Source: Mustelus asterias
Taxonomy: Eukaryota
DNA length: 64,000 nt
Direction: 5' to 3'
Assembly: GCF_964213995.1 (NCBI RefSeq)
Contig: NW_027590137.1
Span: 1,054,001-1,118,000, forward strand
The notes below the pieces were generated by a model. The model was not told the origin of the DNA, did not search any database, and was given only the letters and a program-made list of their open reading frames with translations. Shown here piece by piece: positions 60,940 through 64,000 of the stretch. Numbering within the stretch: the first letter of the stretch is position 1; the number at the start of each line of letters is the position of its first letter. The translations under genes were made by a program, and so were the position numbers.

Positions 60940-61215
60940 ACCCACTGCAGTCCATGTGGTGCAGGTACATCCACCCTGCTGGTAGGGAGGGAATTCCAGC
61001 ATTTTGTCCCAGCGACTGTGAAGGAACGGCGATATATTTCCAATTCAGGATAGTGATTGGCTTGGAGAGGAGCTTGCAGCTGGTGGTGTTCCCATACCTC
61101 TGCTGCCCTTGTGCTTTTAGATGGAAGTGGTTGTGGGTTTGGAAGATGCTGAGGTGAATTTCTGCAGTGCATCTTGTAGCTAGTACACACTGCTGCTCCT
61201 GAGCGTCAGTGGTTA
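60940..61215 (-). mobile_element. Old LINE (CR1/L2 group) 3' fragment
   Basis: SFTVAGTKCWNSLP-type C-terminal peptide. Confidence 0.55.
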
Positions 61216-61377
61216 GAGCTTGTTCCCCATTGTTCAGAATGGAGACAACTTGTCCATCAAACTGCATCAACCCTCTGAGTCCCAATGTCTTATTGATCAG
61301 ACAGAGCGATGGCAGAGAAGGAAAGAAAAGGAAGCAAATCCTGCTCTCCGGTTCCTACTCCCTCATGAGACATCCGA

Positions 61378-62120
61378 GTCTCATAGAATTCCTACAGAGC
61401 AGAAGGAGGCCATTTGGCCTATCGAGTCTGCAACGACTCTCCGACAGAGCATCTTACTCCAGCTCTAACCCCGTAACCCCACACATATACCTCACCAATC
61501 CCCCTAACCTGCACATCTTTGGACACTAAGTGGCAATTTAGAATGGCGAATCCACCGAACCGCACATCTTTGGGCTGTGTGTTTATAGATCAGCAGTCAC
61601 ATGAAGACCCATGGCAGAAACTCACAACCCTAAGAAGACACGGGTGACACGGTGGCAGAATGGTTAGTATTGCAGTGTTAATGTAAGCCTATTGTGGCAC
61701 TCATAAATAATTTAACTTAAGTCACCCAAGACTGGAATCAAACCCAGGTCCCTGGTGCTGTGATTCCAGTCTTGGGTGACTTAAGTTAAATTATTTATGA
61801 GTGCCACAATAGGCTTACATTAACACTGCAATGAAGTTGCTGTGAAAATCTGTGACATTTACACTCGTGTCTGCGTGGGTTTCCTCCGGGTGCTCCGAAT
61901 TCCCCCCCACAGTCCAAAAATGTGCAGGTTAGGTGGATTGACCATGATAAGTTTCTCCTTAATGTCCCAAGATGTGGAGATAAGGGGGCTTAGTTAAGAT
62001 AAATGTTTGAGGCTATGGGGATAGGCTGGGCAAGAGGGCCTGGGTAAAGTACTCTGTCAGTGAGTTGGTGTAGACCCGATGGGTCGAATGGCCTCCTTCT
62101 GAACTGTAGGGATTCTGTGA
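61378..62120. mobile_element. Rearranged HE1-type SINEs (about 61378-61580 -, 61643-62120 +) with an internal foldback
   Basis: SINE heads, cores and tails; 72-bp inverted repeat. Confidence 0.8.
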
Positions 62121-62121
62121 T

Positions 62122-63698
62122 GATAGATGTCATCCTCAAATTGAGGGACTGTTGACGATGACAAGCAAAGACCCTCCTGCGGTTCTTCTGGGACAATCGA
62201 CTGCACTGGGTCCCTGCTGCGGTCCTGTATCTCCCGCTTGAGGAGGGCGGACAAGGTCTGGTGTGCCTCCGCACTCAGATAGCGACCTTCCGCCTCCAGG
62301 CCCTGCAGAGGTAGCTTTACGTTGAGCCCCCTCCACAATGGTGTGCCATGGTGACGTATTTCTTCCGCCAGTGGCACGGCCTCAATTATGACGTGCAGCT
62401 CCTGCATATCGAACTGGGGCGTGCTTCGACCGCCCTGCAGGAGTTGCCCGTCTTTTACCAGGACCTCCTCACCATCTGGAACACGGTCGCCTCGCGACGC
62501 AGCTCCCCCCCGTCAGGAGTAGCGGCTCTCGTGCGAGAGCCGCTGCTCAGGAATCCGCTCCTCCAGCTGTATAACTTCAGATGGCTGGCGGAGAGGAGGG
62601 CTGTGGACGCCGGGGTGACCAGAATCGGGGACGTGCTCGATGGCGGAGGGGCGGGCTGGATGAGTCCCCGCGTGCTGGCTGAGCGCGCGGGGACGACTGT
62701 CCGGCACGCGGCCAAAGCCAACCTAGACCTTAGGACGGTCGTGCTCGGCCCGAAACTGCACGCAAACTCGAGGCGGCGCAGGCATGCGGTGGGATCCCGC
62801 CTGAGCGTTCCCCTGTTCGGGCGGAATTCCACATTGGCCCAAAACCTCAACCCCCCTCCCTGGGTGAGGTGCCCCACAGCCTGAGCCGCCTCGCGGAAAT
62901 GTCCTCCATGCCCTTTTCTACTGCGCTGAGGCGTTTCCTGTGCGGGCTGCTGCTGCACACCCTCCACTACCGCCTCCTCGCCTGTCGCCCGGATACACCT
63001 TGGCGGGCCTTGTTGCCGCCGGGCGGCGGAGGTCCCCGGTGGAGGTCCCTCCACGGAGGGATCTCCCCCAATTACATCGGGGACCTGGGGTGGAGGGTGA
63101 TGCATGCAGCAGTTCCGCACAACCGTAGGATTCACTAGTTCACGGGCTCCGAAGACTGCCCTTTCTGTGGCCTTGTGGAGTCCGTGGACCATGTCTATGT
63201 TGTGTGTCTTAGGCTGCACTCCCTTTATGTTTTCCTAAAGAACCTTTTGTTGATGTTTTGTTTGCACTTCAGTCCCACGCTCCTGATCTACGGACACCCG
63301 GTGCGGAGAGGGGCAGGGTCGGGATGGCGACTTCCTCGTGAACCTGCTCCTGGGCCTGGCGAAACGCGCCATTTACCGGTCCAGGCTGCGGGCGATCGAG
63401 GGGGCCGTCCATCCTGACTGTCTGCCCCTCTACCGCGGCTACGTTCGCGGCCAGGTGTCCCTGGAGAGGGAGCATGCGGTGTCCACGGGCGCGGTTGATG
63501 CCTTCTGCGCCCGTTGGGCACCGCAAGGGTTGGGGTGCGTTATCGACCCTAATAATCACATTTTAATTTGATGTCTTTAAGTTTCCTTTGTACTTTGATT
63601 TTTGTTCGGGCTGTTCCCCCTCCTTTTGGGGAGCTGCCCCTTTTACTTTGTCCTGATTTAACTTGAGTTTGTTTATTTGTTTTGACATAAAAGAGGCC
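62122..63698 (+). mobile_element. 5'-truncated Tx1-clade (L1 group) non-LTR retrotransposon
   Basis: FFWDNRLHWV...LYLPLEEGGQGL, ELPVFYQDLL and CPFCGLVESVDHVYVVC zinc knuckle; T-rich 3' UTR. Confidence 0.85.
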
Positions 63699-63868
63699 AA
63701 CATCTGTGAGTAAAACACTTTCTTTTCTCCCCTTTTCCATTTCTTTTCTCATTCTGCGGGAAATTGGGGACTTGCAGAAACTGAAGGGAAAGGAAGTGAA
63801 TTTAGGGAGGGTACAGTCTCAGGAAAGATTGGCCCAGGTCTCTGTCTCTCTCTTAAAGACATTGATAT
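63699..63868 (+). other. Exon-1 donor and intron-1 start of a further ZNF paralog extending beyond the window
   Basis: Closely matches the reverse complement of 50225-50380 plus 49907-49925. Confidence 0.7.
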
Positions 63869-63874
63869 AGAAAC

Positions 63875-64000
63875 AGAGATGATAGGAGCAGGAGGAGGCC
63901 CTTTGGCCCTTCGAGCCTGCTCCGCCATTCATTACGATCATGGCTGATCATCCAACTCAATAGCCTAAACCTGCTTTTTCCCCATAACCTGTGATCCCAT
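63875..64000 (-). mobile_element. CR1 3' end
   Basis: ataggagcaggaggaggcc...cgagcctgctccgccattca terminal motif. Confidence 0.75.

Overview
Vertebrate genomic DNA, almost certainly from an elasmobranch (shark or ray), judged from abundant HE1-type SINEs and shark-type CR1 LINEs; this is recognition, not a database search. The window is a cluster of about 10 paralogous C2H2 poly-zinc-finger (ZNF) genes and pseudogenes on both strands. Each has its whole CDS in the last exon, with no KRAB, SCAN or BTB domain visible, and they are driven by related CpG-island promoters, several of them bidirectional. The cluster is densely interleaved with retroelements: one near-full-length CR1 LINE, many CR1 3' fragments, Rex1/Babar, L2, Tx1-like, Penelope-like pieces carrying hammerhead ribozymes, a Copia-like LTR remnant and SINEs. 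There is also a 3.7-kb G-run minisatellite. The most notable signals are: (1) a canonical -1 frameshift site (G GGT TTA AAC TAA) joining CR1 ORF1 to ORF2; (2) a shared ZNF architecture with a conserved stop-punctuated pseudo-finger leader and a frame-conserved tail after the stop, where one gene is separated from five more in-frame fingers by a single TGA; (3) a TSD-flanked Penelope/hammerhead/U2-snRNA-fragment composite; (4) palindromic promoter architectures. Repeat boundaries were read by eye and are approximate.
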